Assembly (NCBI RefSeq): GCF_000981785.2
Contig: NZ_CP011304.1
Span: 3,060,001-3,092,000, forward strand
Length of the DNA stretch: 32,000 nucleotides
Source of the DNA: Microcystis aeruginosa NIES-2549
GTDB taxonomy: Bacteria; Cyanobacteriota; Cyanobacteriia; Cyanobacteriales; Microcystaceae
Direction: 5' to 3'
In this document: positions 10,365 to 19,271 of the stretch, piece by piece
How positions within the stretch are numbered: position 1 is the stretch's first letter
Layout: every line of letters starts with the position of its first letter
Translations under genes and position numbers: made by a program
The notes under the pieces: generated by a model
The model's database searches: none
The model's input: only the letters and a program-made list of their open reading frames with translations
What the model was told of the DNA's origin: nothing

Positions 10365-10963
10365 GGATTTCTTGACTGGGCAAATAAGTCAAATATGTCT
10401 GCCTCACAATCTCCGATTGTTACTACTTGAATTTCTTCGGGTATTTGTTGTTGTGTTTCTGACAAAGAATCTAACCATCTTTGACTTTCTTTTTCTTGAG
10501 TTTCTCTTTTTTTTCTTTGCTTGGCAATCCCTAAATTCTTTTCTTCTCTTGCCCAGACATATTGATTAATCAGTCCTAAAGGTACTCCTTGCGCTGAGAC
10601 TCCTAATGTGGTATGAACTTTGAGACCAAAGGATGTTTTACAATCTAGATAACCCATTCCTTTTTTGGCTTTTTGCGTCGTAAAGTCTAAACTTGTTGTG
10701 TCTTGCACTGCCAAAACTATTGGATGTTCTTTGATTCTTTCTACTGTACTTTTAGCTTGGGCGGCAATTATATCTGAGGGGTGAAAATAGGGGGAATTCC
10801 AAAAGTCGTAGGTGGCACTGGCGGCGGCTAGATTTCCCGAAGCTTGTGGCACACTTGTACTAGGTTGGCTGGCCAAGTTTTCTACGATACTGATTAACCT
10901 TTTCTTTCTTCTGGTGTCCCCTAGGTCTGCATACTGTAATTCTTGGGCTGCCCATTTCTCCAT
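10365..10963 (-). pseudogene. N-terminal ~200 aa of an IS4-family (Tn5-like) transposase, truncated by the ISL3 insertion
   Basis: MEKWAAQELQYADLGDTRRKKRL...ATYDFWNSP...VLAVQDTTSLDF...IGDCEADIFDLFAQ then runs into the ISL3 inverted repeat at 10364/10365. The C-terminal catalytic half is absent. The outer end of this IS remnant lies somewhere in 10964-11075 and is not defined. Confidence 0.8.
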
Positions 10964-11075
10964 TTTTTTGCTTACCTCCACCTTAATTCCTTCTTTCAAA
11001 ACTATACCTATCAATCGTTTCCCCTTTTTTTAAGTTTCTTCTCTTTTTGTTAAGAAAGATCCGACTAATGGATAG

Positions 11076-11135
11076 CTTTTGAAGGGGGGTTAGGGGGGAT
11101 CAAACCTTTTGAAGGGGGGTTAGGGGGGATCAAAC
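11076..11135. repeat. Perfect 30-bp tandem duplication CTTTTGAAGGGGGGTTAGGGGGGATCAAAC x2
   Basis: 11076-11105 and 11106-11135 are identical. The duplication sits exactly where TPR-CHAT homology stops and produces the artefactual ORF tail GLIPPNPPSKGLIPPNPPSK. Confidence 0.95.
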
Positions 11136-12777
11136 CCTCATTAGTAACAATAAACGCCATAATACTATCCCCTGCAATATACCATTCTAAAATAGCAGTA
11201 TCTTGATCAATTAAGGATTGAATCTCACTTAGAGGAATACTTTCAACCTTTTGAGTTAAGCTAAAAGTGGGGTCTATGGGGGTTATTTCTCGGTCAATGA
11301 GTTGATTTAATTCTTGTTTTAACTGATTGAGGTGAGTATAGTCATTTAAGATGGGTTGTTTTTGTTCATCTAGGGTTAAAATTACTCCCCGATTGCGGGT
11401 TTGTTCTTGGATGGCTAACCGTTGTTCTTCCCCAATAATGGCACGACGGAGGCGATCTAATTCGGTAATAATAGTTGGGGGGATATTACCTTTAGGATAA
11501 ATATCTCGGTCGGTAAGCAATTGGACTAAATAGCGGGTTTTGCTGCGTTCAACGTATTCTAATGCGCGATCTTTTTGATTGAGGTTGAGATAGGATTGAA
11601 CTATGCCATGATAAACATCCATTGCATCGGAGAGAATTTCTTGTTGTCGTTGGGGGTTTAAAGCTTCGAGTCGAATATTTTCTACTGCTTTGATCGCTAA
11701 GTTGTAGCCTTTGATGGCGTTTTCCCAGTCTTCGATCAGGTTAGCAGTCTTTCCTAAGTTTCGTCCTGTTCCTAAACAGTTTATAGGAAAAGATGTGGGG
11801 GTATATACTTCTAATGACAGGTTATAAGCTGCGATCGCTAACTCTAGATTTTCAATAGCTAACTCTAGATTTTCTGCCCTTTTCCAAAGAATGGGATCTC
11901 TATAAGCATTCCCCAGATTATGTTTTGACCTTGCCCATTGTTCAGGAAAGTTTTCACGGGTATATACTTCTAAAGATAGGTTATAAGCTGTGATCGCTAA
12001 CTCTAGATTATTCGCCCTTTCCCCTCTGATGCGATATAGATAAGCAGTCCCCAAATTATTTTGTATTATTGCCCAATCATAAGGAAAAGCATCACGAGTA
12101 TATACTTCTAAAGACAGGTTATAAGCCGCGATCGCTAATTCTAGATTTCGTTCTCTTTCCCCTCTGATGCGATATATATAAGCAGACCCCAAATCATTTT
12201 GTATTATTGCCCAATCATAAGGAAAGGCATCACGGGTTAATACTTCTAAGATGGTCTGATAGCCTGTAATAGCAATTTCCAGATTATTAGCCCGACTTCT
12301 CAAGGGGAACTGTCGAATACTAATACATAAATTTTGAATCACCCCTGCAATAACCGCCACTTCTTCTGCCTTGCCTTGAGAAAACACATTTCTAGCGTAT
12401 TCTTGCAACAGTTGGGCAAAAGTATCATCTAACAAATGTTGACGGCGTTGTAGGATAGGATAAACCACCGTAGGATCGCTATTACTGTCATATTCTGCTT
12501 GTAAGACTTCTAATAAAAACTCCTGATATTCCTCTATACTTCTCGCTTGAGGGTTGAGAAACTGCCCCAACTGTTGCGCTATATCCCGTAACAAAGCCGC
12601 AGGATTATTATTTCCTTGTTGTTCTAACCCTGTTGCATAGTTTTCCATCACCTGCAAAAATTCGGGGTCAATCAATTCCTGATTAGCTTGCAGAATATTA
12701 TTGAGTTCCTCATCATCAGTACAAGCGAGCAACTGTTCAATTAAATTAATATATGCTTGGGCGCGTTGTTCATTCAT
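11136..12777 (-). pseudogene. N-terminal part (TPR repeats) of the disrupted TPR-CHAT gene
   Basis: The fragment starts MNEQRAQAYINLIEQLL.... It carries about 42-aa repeats NLELAI.AYN.SLEVYTR.AFP.DWA..QNNLG.AY..R. It ends in AILEWYIAGDSIMAFIVTNEG, the usual lead-in to a CHAT domain, and then enters the 30-bp repeats. It is on the same strand as the CHAT fragment at 8058-8947. Confidence 0.8.
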
Positions 12778-12796
12778 TGTCTGTACTGTGATTGAT

Positions 12797-13065
12797 GTGA
12801 TTATGTGATAGAATATGGTTTTTTCGAGAGAACGACCCTATCATAATAATAAATACTCATGATTGTCAAAAACAACCCAATCATAGTCCATCATTCAATC
12901 ATTTTAATCATCGTCTTAACTATGATTTTTGTGATTATGTGATGGACTGTGATTTTTTTCGAGAGAGCGACCCCATGATTTGATATAATACAATAAATAC
13001 TCGTGATTGTCGAAAGATAACCTAATCATAGTCTATCATTCAATCATTCTAATCATAGTTTAGAC
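12797..13065. repeat. Two imperfect tandem units (~134-bp period) of an AT-rich repeat, with partial copies on either side of the GxxExxY gene
   Basis: Unit 1 (12797-12920) and unit 2 (12931-13065) share GTGATTATGTGAT..TTTTTCGAGAGA.CGACCC..AATAAATACTC.TGATTGTC.AAA..AA.C.AATCATAGTC.ATCATTCAATCATT.TAATCAT. A partial copy lies at 13066-13123. The tail ..AATCATAGTTTAGAC recurs at 13586-13600. Confidence 0.8.
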
Positions 13066-13123
13066 ATTTAATTGTCAAAGACAATCTAATCAAAATCCTC
13101 GCTTCATCATCTAAATCCTAGCC

Positions 13124-13531
13124 ATGACTTTTATTAATCCCCAATACCCTGAAAGTGAACTAACAGGTAAAATTATTGGTTGTGCAATGGAAGTTCACCG
13201 TATCTTAGGAAATGGTTTTCAAGAAGTAATTTATCAACGTGCTTTGGCAAAAGAAATGAACCTACAGGGATTATCTTTTTCGAGAGAACACGAAATGCCG
13301 ATCTTTTATAAAGATGATCAAATAGGTACAAGACGAGTTGACTTTTTTGTTGAAGGTAAAGTGATGGTAGAATTAAAAGCCGTTATTCAACTTGAAGATG
13401 TTCACTTAGCACAAGCTATCAATTATCTCGAAGCTTATGGGTTAGATATTGGATTATTGCTTAATTTTGGAAATATCAGTTTACAGTTTAAAAGAGTTCA
13501 CAAGCCTAAAAGAAAACCTAACTATAACTAG
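13124..13531 (+). CDS. GxxExxY protein (PD-(D/E)XK-like small protein family)
   Basis: 135 aa. The signature GNGFQEVIYQRAL is present, followed by RRVDFFVEGKVMVELKA and AQAINYLEAYGL..GLLLNFG. Confidence 0.85.
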   Translation: MTFINPQYPESELTGKIIGCAMEVHRILGNGFQEVIYQRALAKEMNLQGLSFSREHEMPIFYKDDQIGTRRVDFFVEGKVMVELKAVIQLEDVHLAQAINYLEAYGLDIGLLLNFGNISLQFKRVHKPKRKPNYN

Positions 13532-13625
13532 AAATAATTGAAGTGTATAAAACTTAAAATCCTAGTCCATCAAACAATCATAAAAATCATAGTTTAGACG
13601 TTTTCACAAAGCATTTTTGGGGCGA

Positions 13626-13680
13626 CGGTTCCAGAATTCGGGCTAGTCAAAGACTAAACCCGAACTTGACCGAGTTTTTT
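13626..13680 (+). terminator. Imperfect long hairpin plus T-run, a possible terminator for the GxxExxY gene
   Basis: CGGTT..TTCGGGCTAGTC aaa GACTAAACCCGAA..GACCG is followed by TTTTTT. The T-run overlaps the glgP stop codon on the other strand. Confidence 0.4.
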
Positions 13681-16201
13681 AATCCTCTAAACTAATCTTG
13701 ACCGGATTAACTTTCCAAATCTCTTGACAATATTCCCAGATTGTGCGATCGCTAGAGAATTTCGCCATACGAACCGAGTTAAGAATCGACATCCGCGTCC
13801 ACTTGTCCCGATCGCGATAAGCTTGACTTACCTGTTCCTGACAATCAGCGTAGGATTGATAATCAGCTAAAAGCATATACTGGTCATCGTAGAGGAGAGA
13901 ATCAACGATCGGCCTGAATAATTCCTGGTCACCATGGCTAAAATAACCACTCTTGATTCGATCGATCACTCCCTTCAATTCGCGATTATTTTTGTAATAG
14001 CTCATCGGTTCATAACCGTGGGCTTTCTTACCATAAACTTCTTCTGCTGTCAAGCCAAAAAGGAAGAAATTTTCTGCCCCTGCTTCCTCGCGGATTTCGA
14101 TATTAGCACCGTCCAGAGTCCCGATGGTGAGGGAGCCATTCATGGCAAACTTCATGTTACCGGTTCCGGAAGCTTCCTTACCCGCCGTGGAAATCTGTTC
14201 GGAAAGATCCGCCGAAGGATAGATGCGCTGACCCAAAGAAACGTTAAAGTTAGGCAGGAAAACCACTTTTAAACGACCTCTGACATCAGGATCCTTATTA
14301 ACAATTTCAGCTACAGCATTAGTTAACTTAATAATTAACTTCGCCATAAAGTAACCGGGGGCTGCCTTACCACCAAAGATAAAAGTGCGCGGCACGATAT
14401 CGACGTGGGGGTTCTGTTTAATGCGATTGTAAAGGGCGATAATGTGCAGAACTGCCAGATGTTGGCGTTTGTATTCGTGAATCCGTTTTACCTGCACATC
14501 GAAAATCGAATTAACATCCACCTCGATATTGCAGGTTTTCAGAATATAAGCCGCTAAATCAGCCTTATTCGCCTGTTTAATTTCATACCAACGCTGACGA
14601 AATTCGGGATCATCAAGGTATTGTTCCAGTTTTCGCAATTCCTTCAGGTCTTTTAACCAATCATCGCCGATTTTTTCGGTAAATAGTGCCGATAATTGGG
14701 GATTGCTCAATAAAATCCACCGGCGCGGGGTGACACCATTGGTTTTATTGTAGAATTTTTCCGGCCAGAGCATGGCAAACTCTTTCAGGGTGTCTTTTTG
14801 CAGTAACTCCGTGTGTAAAGCGGCGACTCCGTTAATCGAGTGACTACCCACACAGGCTAAATTAGCCATGCGAATTTGTTTATTACCCCAACCAGCTTCT
14901 TCAACTATCGACAATTTGCCCAATAATTCCTCGTTATCGGGAAACCAAGTCCGCACATCATCGAGGAAAAAGTGATTGATCAGATAGATAATTTCTAGAT
15001 GTCGGGGCAGCAGTTTGCCGAGTAGAGCCGCCGACCAACGTTCCAGGGCTTCCGGCAAGAGGGTATGATTGGTATAAGCGAAGGTTTTTTGGGTAATTGT
15101 CCAAGCTTTTGACCATTCTAAGCCGTTTTCATCCACTAACAAACGCATTAACTCAGCGATGGCAATGGCGGGGTGAGTGTCGTTCAGTTGAATAGCGGCG
15201 GTTTCGTGGAAGTTTTGCAGATTTTTGTGGTTTTTTAGGTGAATGCGAATTAAATCTTGCAGGGAAGCTGCCACAAAAAAGTATTGTTGGGCGAGACGTA
15301 ATTCGCGACCGGCGGGGGTGTTATCGTTGGGATAAAGGACTTTAGAAATGGTTTCCGCGTCCATTTTTTCGGCCACGGATTGATCGTACAACCCGGCGTT
15401 AAAAGCTTCAAAATTAAACGATTCACTCGCTTCTGCTTTCCAGAGACGCAAAGCGTTAACCGTGTTGGTTTTGTACCCCGGGACGGGGGTATCGTGGGGA
15501 ATGGCTAAAACCCGACGTTCCGGCAGCCATTGTACCCGTTCTTGTCCCTTATCATCGTGATAGATTTCCGTCCGGCCGCCCAGTTTTACTTCCACACTTT
15601 CATCGGGACGGGGTAATTCCCAAGGATTGCCGAAGCGTAGCCAGTTATCGGGGATTTCCACCTGCCAACCGTCTTGGATGATTTGATGGAAGATGCCAAA
15701 TTCGTAGCGGATACCGTAACCGATGGCGGGAATTTCTAGGGAAGCGAGGGAATCGAGGAAACAAGCCGCTAAACGCCCTAAACCGCCGTTTCCGAGGCCG
15801 GGATCCGGTTCCTGTTCGATAATTTCCTCAAAATCAAGACCTAATTCTTCGATCGTCTCTTTGATTAGGTCGTAAATACCTAAATTAGCGAGATTATTGC
15901 CTAAATACCGCCCCATGAGAAATTCGGCGGAGAAATAGCAGACGAGTTTAACTTTTTCTTGTTTGTAGGTGTCGGTGGATTTCAGAAAACGACGCAGGAG
16001 GCGATCGCGAACGGTGTAGGCAAGGGCGACATAGTAATTGTAGGGACTAGCATTGGTGCGGTTAACCCCTTGCAAATAAAACAGATTGTCCAGAAAAGCC
16101 CGTTTTAGGGTTTCGGGACTCATGCCCGTGCGATCGTCTTCAACTAAAGTGGGGCATTGAAGTGCTTCAGGCCCATCAGCTAGGGTATAGGTTGTCTCCA
16201 T
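13679..16201 (-). CDS. glgP: Glycogen/maltodextrin phosphorylase
   Basis: 840 aa. Motifs YFSAEFLMGR, GLGNGGLGRLAACFLDS and the PLP-site region EASGTGNMKFAMNG are present. Confidence 0.97.
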   Translation of the reverse strand: METTYTLADGPEALQCPTLVEDDRTGMSPETLKRAFLDNLFYLQGVNRTNASPYNYYVALAYTVRDRLLRRFLKSTDTYKQEKVKLVCYFSAEFLMGRYLGNNLANLGIYDLIKETIEELGLDFEEIIEQEPDPGLGNGGLGRLAACFLDSLASLEIPAIGYGIRYEFGIFHQIIQDGWQVEIPDNWLRFGNPWELPRPDESVEVKLGGRTEIYHDDKGQERVQWLPERRVLAIPHDTPVPGYKTNTVNALRLWKAEASESFNFEAFNAGLYDQSVAEKMDAETISKVLYPNDNTPAGRELRLAQQYFFVAASLQDLIRIHLKNHKNLQNFHETAAIQLNDTHPAIAIAELMRLLVDENGLEWSKAWTITQKTFAYTNHTLLPEALERWSAALLGKLLPRHLEIIYLINHFFLDDVRTWFPDNEELLGKLSIVEEAGWGNKQIRMANLACVGSHSINGVAALHTELLQKDTLKEFAMLWPEKFYNKTNGVTPRRWILLSNPQLSALFTEKIGDDWLKDLKELRKLEQYLDDPEFRQRWYEIKQANKADLAAYILKTCNIEVDVNSIFDVQVKRIHEYKRQHLAVLHIIALYNRIKQNPHVDIVPRTFIFGGKAAPGYFMAKLIIKLTNAVAEIVNKDPDVRGRLKVVFLPNFNVSLGQRIYPSADLSEQISTAGKEASGTGNMKFAMNGSLTIGTLDGANIEIREEAGAENFFLFGLTAEEVYGKKAHGYEPMSYYKNNRELKGVIDRIKSGYFSHGDQELFRPIVDSLLYDDQYMLLADYQSYADCQEQVSQAYRDRDKWTRMSILNSVRMAKFSSDRTIWEYCQEIWKVNPVKISLED

Positions 16202-16400
16202 GGGTTTTTGTTGTCCATATATTCGGGAGTTGATCGCCGATCAGATTCTGATCACGATATCCTTTATAGTTTACTTGTTACCTTTTGGAGAGACTCAGAC
16301 ATTTAGATTTCTATTGGTTTTGAGGGGAACCGCGATCGCAATTGCCGACAAAAAAAGGGTGAACCCTGTCCACCCTCCCACAATTATTCACAAAAAAAGC

Positions 16401-16694
16401 TTAATAGCGTTTTCTTCTGTCACCACCACCACCATTGAAGGACGCACGCTCTTCACGCTCGCGGGCCTGGTTAACTTTAATTGCTCGTCCCATCCATTCA
16501 GCACCATCCAGTGCCTCAATCGCGGCGGTTTCCTGGGCTTTACTTTCCATTTCCACGAAGGCGAAACCGCGTTTGCGGCCTGACTCGCGATCCACGGGAA
16601 TATGGACTCTTTGAACCTTGCCGTAGTCTTTAAAGACATCGACCAGATCCTCTTGGGAAATCTCGTAAGAGAGATTACCAACAAAAATAGACAT
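16401..16694 (-). CDS. RRM-type RNA-binding protein (cyanobacterial Rbp family)
   Basis: I start it at MSIFVGNLSY (RNP2). RNP1 is KRGFAFVEM. A short Gly/Arg tail follows. The track ORF begins 7 codons earlier. Confidence 0.92.
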   Translation of the reverse strand: MSIFVGNLSYEISQEDLVDVFKDYGKVQRVHIPVDRESGRKRGFAFVEMESKAQETAAIEALDGAEWMGRAIKVNQAREREERASFNGGGGDRRKRY

Positions 16695-16915
16695 AATACT
16701 TGAATCCTCGATCAATACTCGAAACGGTGTGGAGACACAAAATTCAGGGAGAAGCCGAACAATACTAAAGTAAAAGACTTACCGAGTTAATACTGAAAAC
16801 GAACTTGAACACCAATCTTGACTCTCCCTCCGATCATAACACGAAAAGACTAGAGTTAATGTTAACTTTTATTCTCCCTGGAAAGAGACTGTTTTGGCTA
16901 TCGGTGGCTACTCCC

Positions 16916-17170
16916 TCAACCCTGAGCTTTTTTCTCCCGACGAAATAACCAAATCATCAGGGCCACCACACCGATTTGTAGGGCAAAATTGGGTAAGGCG
17001 GTGGCTACGTCCCTCGCTGCCGCCAATTGGGCCAGAAAAACCACCGCACCGATAAAACCAGAAGCCCCTAAACCGAGATAGATAAACTGCCGCATCCCTC
17101 GATAGGGATTGGCCGCTTCCGCTTTCAAGCGGGCGTATGTTTGGGGATCAAGTCGAGGGGATTTGCTCAT
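16916..17170 (-). CDS. Small membrane protein, DUF3493-like
   Basis: 84 aa. An N-terminal RLKAEAANPYRGMRQFIY is followed by two hydrophobic helices. The family name comes from memory of this motif. Confidence 0.6.
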   Translation of the reverse strand: MSKSPRLDPQTYARLKAEAANPYRGMRQFIYLGLGASGFIGAVVFLAQLAAARDVATALPNFALQIGVVALMIWLFRREKKAQG

Positions 17171-17236
17171 AAAAAAATCTAAAAATCTTTCTAGCTCTGT
17201 ATCTATTGTCCGTGATATAATCGGAAATTGGCAATG

Positions 17237-17309
17237 TGCCGATGTAGCTCAGTGGTAGAGTAGTTGATTCGTAATCAATTGGTCGTGGGTTCAAATCCCA
17301 TCATCGGCT
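17237..17309 (+). tRNA. tRNA-Thr (anticodon CGU)
   Basis: Folded by hand into a cloverleaf. Acceptor: GCCGATG/CATCGGC. D arm: GCTC AGTGGTA GAGT. Anticodon arm: GTTGA TTCGTAA TCAAT. T arm: GTGGG TTCAAAT CCCAT. The discriminator is T, and no CCA is encoded. Confidence 0.9.
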
Positions 17310-17515
17310 TGGGGTTTTCCTCCCCAAAGTTGACTAGGAAATACCGAACTCCGGCTGAATAAATCCAAAAAGCTTGTTGGATAAGACTTTTAGACTTTTT
17401 GGCCATCCAAAAGTGCTGGACCCTGTATTGATCGGAATGGGCAAAACCCCACACCCTACACCCCGCACCCTACACCCTGCTCCCACCAACCAACTTTTCC
17501 AGCAAACCCTAGTTA

Positions 17516-18016
17516 CTAAAGAAAAAGTTGAATAATTTCTGCGATCGCTTGACGTTGGCAATCGTCATATCCCCAGCGTTCTAGAAAGGCTTGATATTCT
17601 CCTTGTCCGCTGTTTAAACTGGTGGCTAATTGTTGTAATTTTTCTCCCAAGGCAGGCGATAATAACTGCTTAATTAGTTGACCAGTTTTTTCTTGGACCT
17701 TCTCAGAACCTCGGGCGTTTTCTTCGTCTCCTTGACCGCGATGATAGATGACCATTGCCGTGGACATAGCCAGATTTTTAACCAATAATTCATTCACCAG
17801 TATCGGGGAAGTTTTTAAAGCAGTGATGACTTCTAAACTAGGATATTCCCTATAGGATAAATCGCTGGTTAAATAAGTAACAAAAAATCCTCTAGCTCCA
17901 TTTTCTGTTGAGACTAGATCGGTAATTTTTTCAGTGATTACATTGGCATCTAAAAACTCAATTTGACTTAGTAAATCTTGAGTTTCTTGGATAGCATTTT
18001 CAAAAGTTATAACCAT
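17516..18016 (-). CDS. Hypothetical protein (conserved-looking, no family recognised)
   Basis: 166-aa ORF with coding-like composition and a compact fit between neighbours. Confidence 0.6.
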   Translation of the reverse strand: MVITFENAIQETQDLLSQIEFLDANVITEKITDLVSTENGARGFFVTYLTSDLSYREYPSLEVITALKTSPILVNELLVKNLAMSTAMVIYHRGQGDEENARGSEKVQEKTGQLIKQLLSPALGEKLQQLATSLNSGQGEYQAFLERWGYDDCQRQAIAEIIQLFL

Positions 18017-18054
18017 AATATAAATAGCCTTCTGTGAAGTTTAATAGAAAAATA

Positions 18055-19023
18055 CTAAGCATCTAAAGCATTTAACAAATTAGTTAAATCCTCCCCTGTC
18101 GAAAAATCTAATAAAGCTTCCCCCACTCGTTCCAGATCATCAATATTCAAGGTCATAATCCGACTCTCTAGAGTCACATCAATAGCTCCTAACTTACGTT
18201 TAATCAGACGAATAATTAGATTTCTTTCTCTTGCTAAACCCTGTTCTAAACCCTGTTCCAAACCCTGTTCTAAACCCTGTTCTAAACCCTGTTCTAAACC
18301 GCGGCGCATCCAACTGGTGGTAATCTGCATAACTCCCTCCTGTTCGGGTTGAATAAATGTGCTAATCTCCTGTTGAAATTCTATCTCCTCGGACGAGTTG
18401 AGATTGAGATAGGTATCGACAAAGCCTGAAATCAATTGCATTCTAGCCGCATCTAATCTTAATGTTACCAATAATCTTAGACATTGTGCCTTAACTTTTG
18501 CTCTATCCCGAGGGGCAATTTTCATCTTGGCCATCAAAGCGGCGGCGACGGGATTAGCTTGATTGAGAAAATCCCGCCAATGCAAGCGATTTAACTGGAC
18601 AACTTGATAGTTAAATTCTAACACTTTTAAGTCAGGAAAATCAATTTTGTATTGACGAATTGCTTCTTTTTGTGGACGCTCATAGGAAAATATGACAATC
18701 GGATAAACTGGTAAGGCAAATTTTTGATGCAGACGAGCGAAATAAGTAAACATTCGCCGATTAAATTCTGGTTGAGAGCTAGACTGTGCTTCTAGATGAA
18801 TTAAGAAAAATGATGATTGTCCTCGAAATTGAACTTGGGCGACTAAATCACTTTCATACTTTTCTCCTTCCGTGACATCGGTAAAGACTTCTTTGTCTAA
18901 AAATGTGATCTGATTAGGCTCTAAATAATTAATAACCGCGGGGAAAAACAACTGAATAAATTCAACAAAAAAAGTCGAAATTAATTCCTTAAATAAACGA
19001 TCATGGTCAATAACATTATTCAT
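18055..19023 (-). CDS. Rpn-family recombination-promoting nuclease / putative transposase (PD-(D/E)XK) with a DUF4351-like C-terminus
   Basis: 322 aa. The sequence DRLFKELISTFFVEFIQLFFP...ESDLVAQVQFRG...FLIHLEAQS is typical of the cyanobacterial Rpn/YhgA-like family. It contains a (GLEQ)5 repeat. Confidence 0.8.
   Translation of the reverse strand: MNNVIDHDRLFKELISTFFVEFIQLFFPAVINYLEPNQITFLDKEVFTDVTEGEKYESDLVAQVQFRGQSSFFLIHLEAQSSSQPEFNRRMFTYFARLHQKFALPVYPIVIFSYERPQKEAIRQYKIDFPDLKVLEFNYQVVQLNRLHWRDFLNQANPVAAALMAKMKIAPRDRAKVKAQCLRLLVTLRLDAARMQLISGFVDTYLNLNSSEEIEFQQEISTFIQPEQEGVMQITTSWMRRGLEQGLEQGLEQGLEQGLEQGLARERNLIIRLIKRKLGAIDVTLESRIMTLNIDDLERVGEALLDFSTGEDLTNLLNALDA
18235..18300. repeat. 12-bp tandem repeat TAAACCCTGTTC x5.5 inside the Rpn gene (encodes GLEQ x5)
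   Basis: Read directly. One unit has C in place of the first T. Confidence 0.95.
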
Positions 19024-19271
19024 ACATAGCAGTTATCCTAATGGTGAGGTAGAAAGTTTTCCTTTTGGGGAGTCGGTCGCCGGCCGTCGATATCAAAATT
19101 AGGTTACACTTCATCTTGAGGAGGAATGCAGTAAACTACTCGTTAAGACTACACCAGAACAGGGATATCCGGAGAGAAACTTCGAGCATTTGTACTAAAA
19201 TATCCAAGAGACGGCTAACTGCTATATTTTTTGATGACGATATAAATAGCAAAAACTATAGACGAATAGCT

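Noticed and set aside
11076-11135. CRISPR array, considered for the 30-bp direct repeats, the 12-bp repeats at 18235-18300 and the 134-bp units at 12797-13065.
   Set aside because: The 30-mers and 12-mers are head-to-tail with no spacers. The 134-bp units are far too long and are imperfect. No cas genes are present in the window.
17334-17561. A 75-aa minus-strand ORF downstream of tRNA-Thr, plus the C-rich CACCCTACACCC repeats at 17447-17493, considered as a possible integration (att) site.
   Set aside because: The ORF is produced by low-complexity C-rich DNA and overlaps the end of the neighbouring gene. No integrase and no duplicated tRNA 3-prime end is visible, so a tRNA-targeted island is not supported.
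19065-19271. A 69-codon N-terminal extension of the ycf46-like ORF.
   Set aside because: The conserved Ycf46 N-terminus starts at [11 protein letters not shown] (19272). The extension looks non-coding and lies in the divergent promoter region shared with the Rpn gene.
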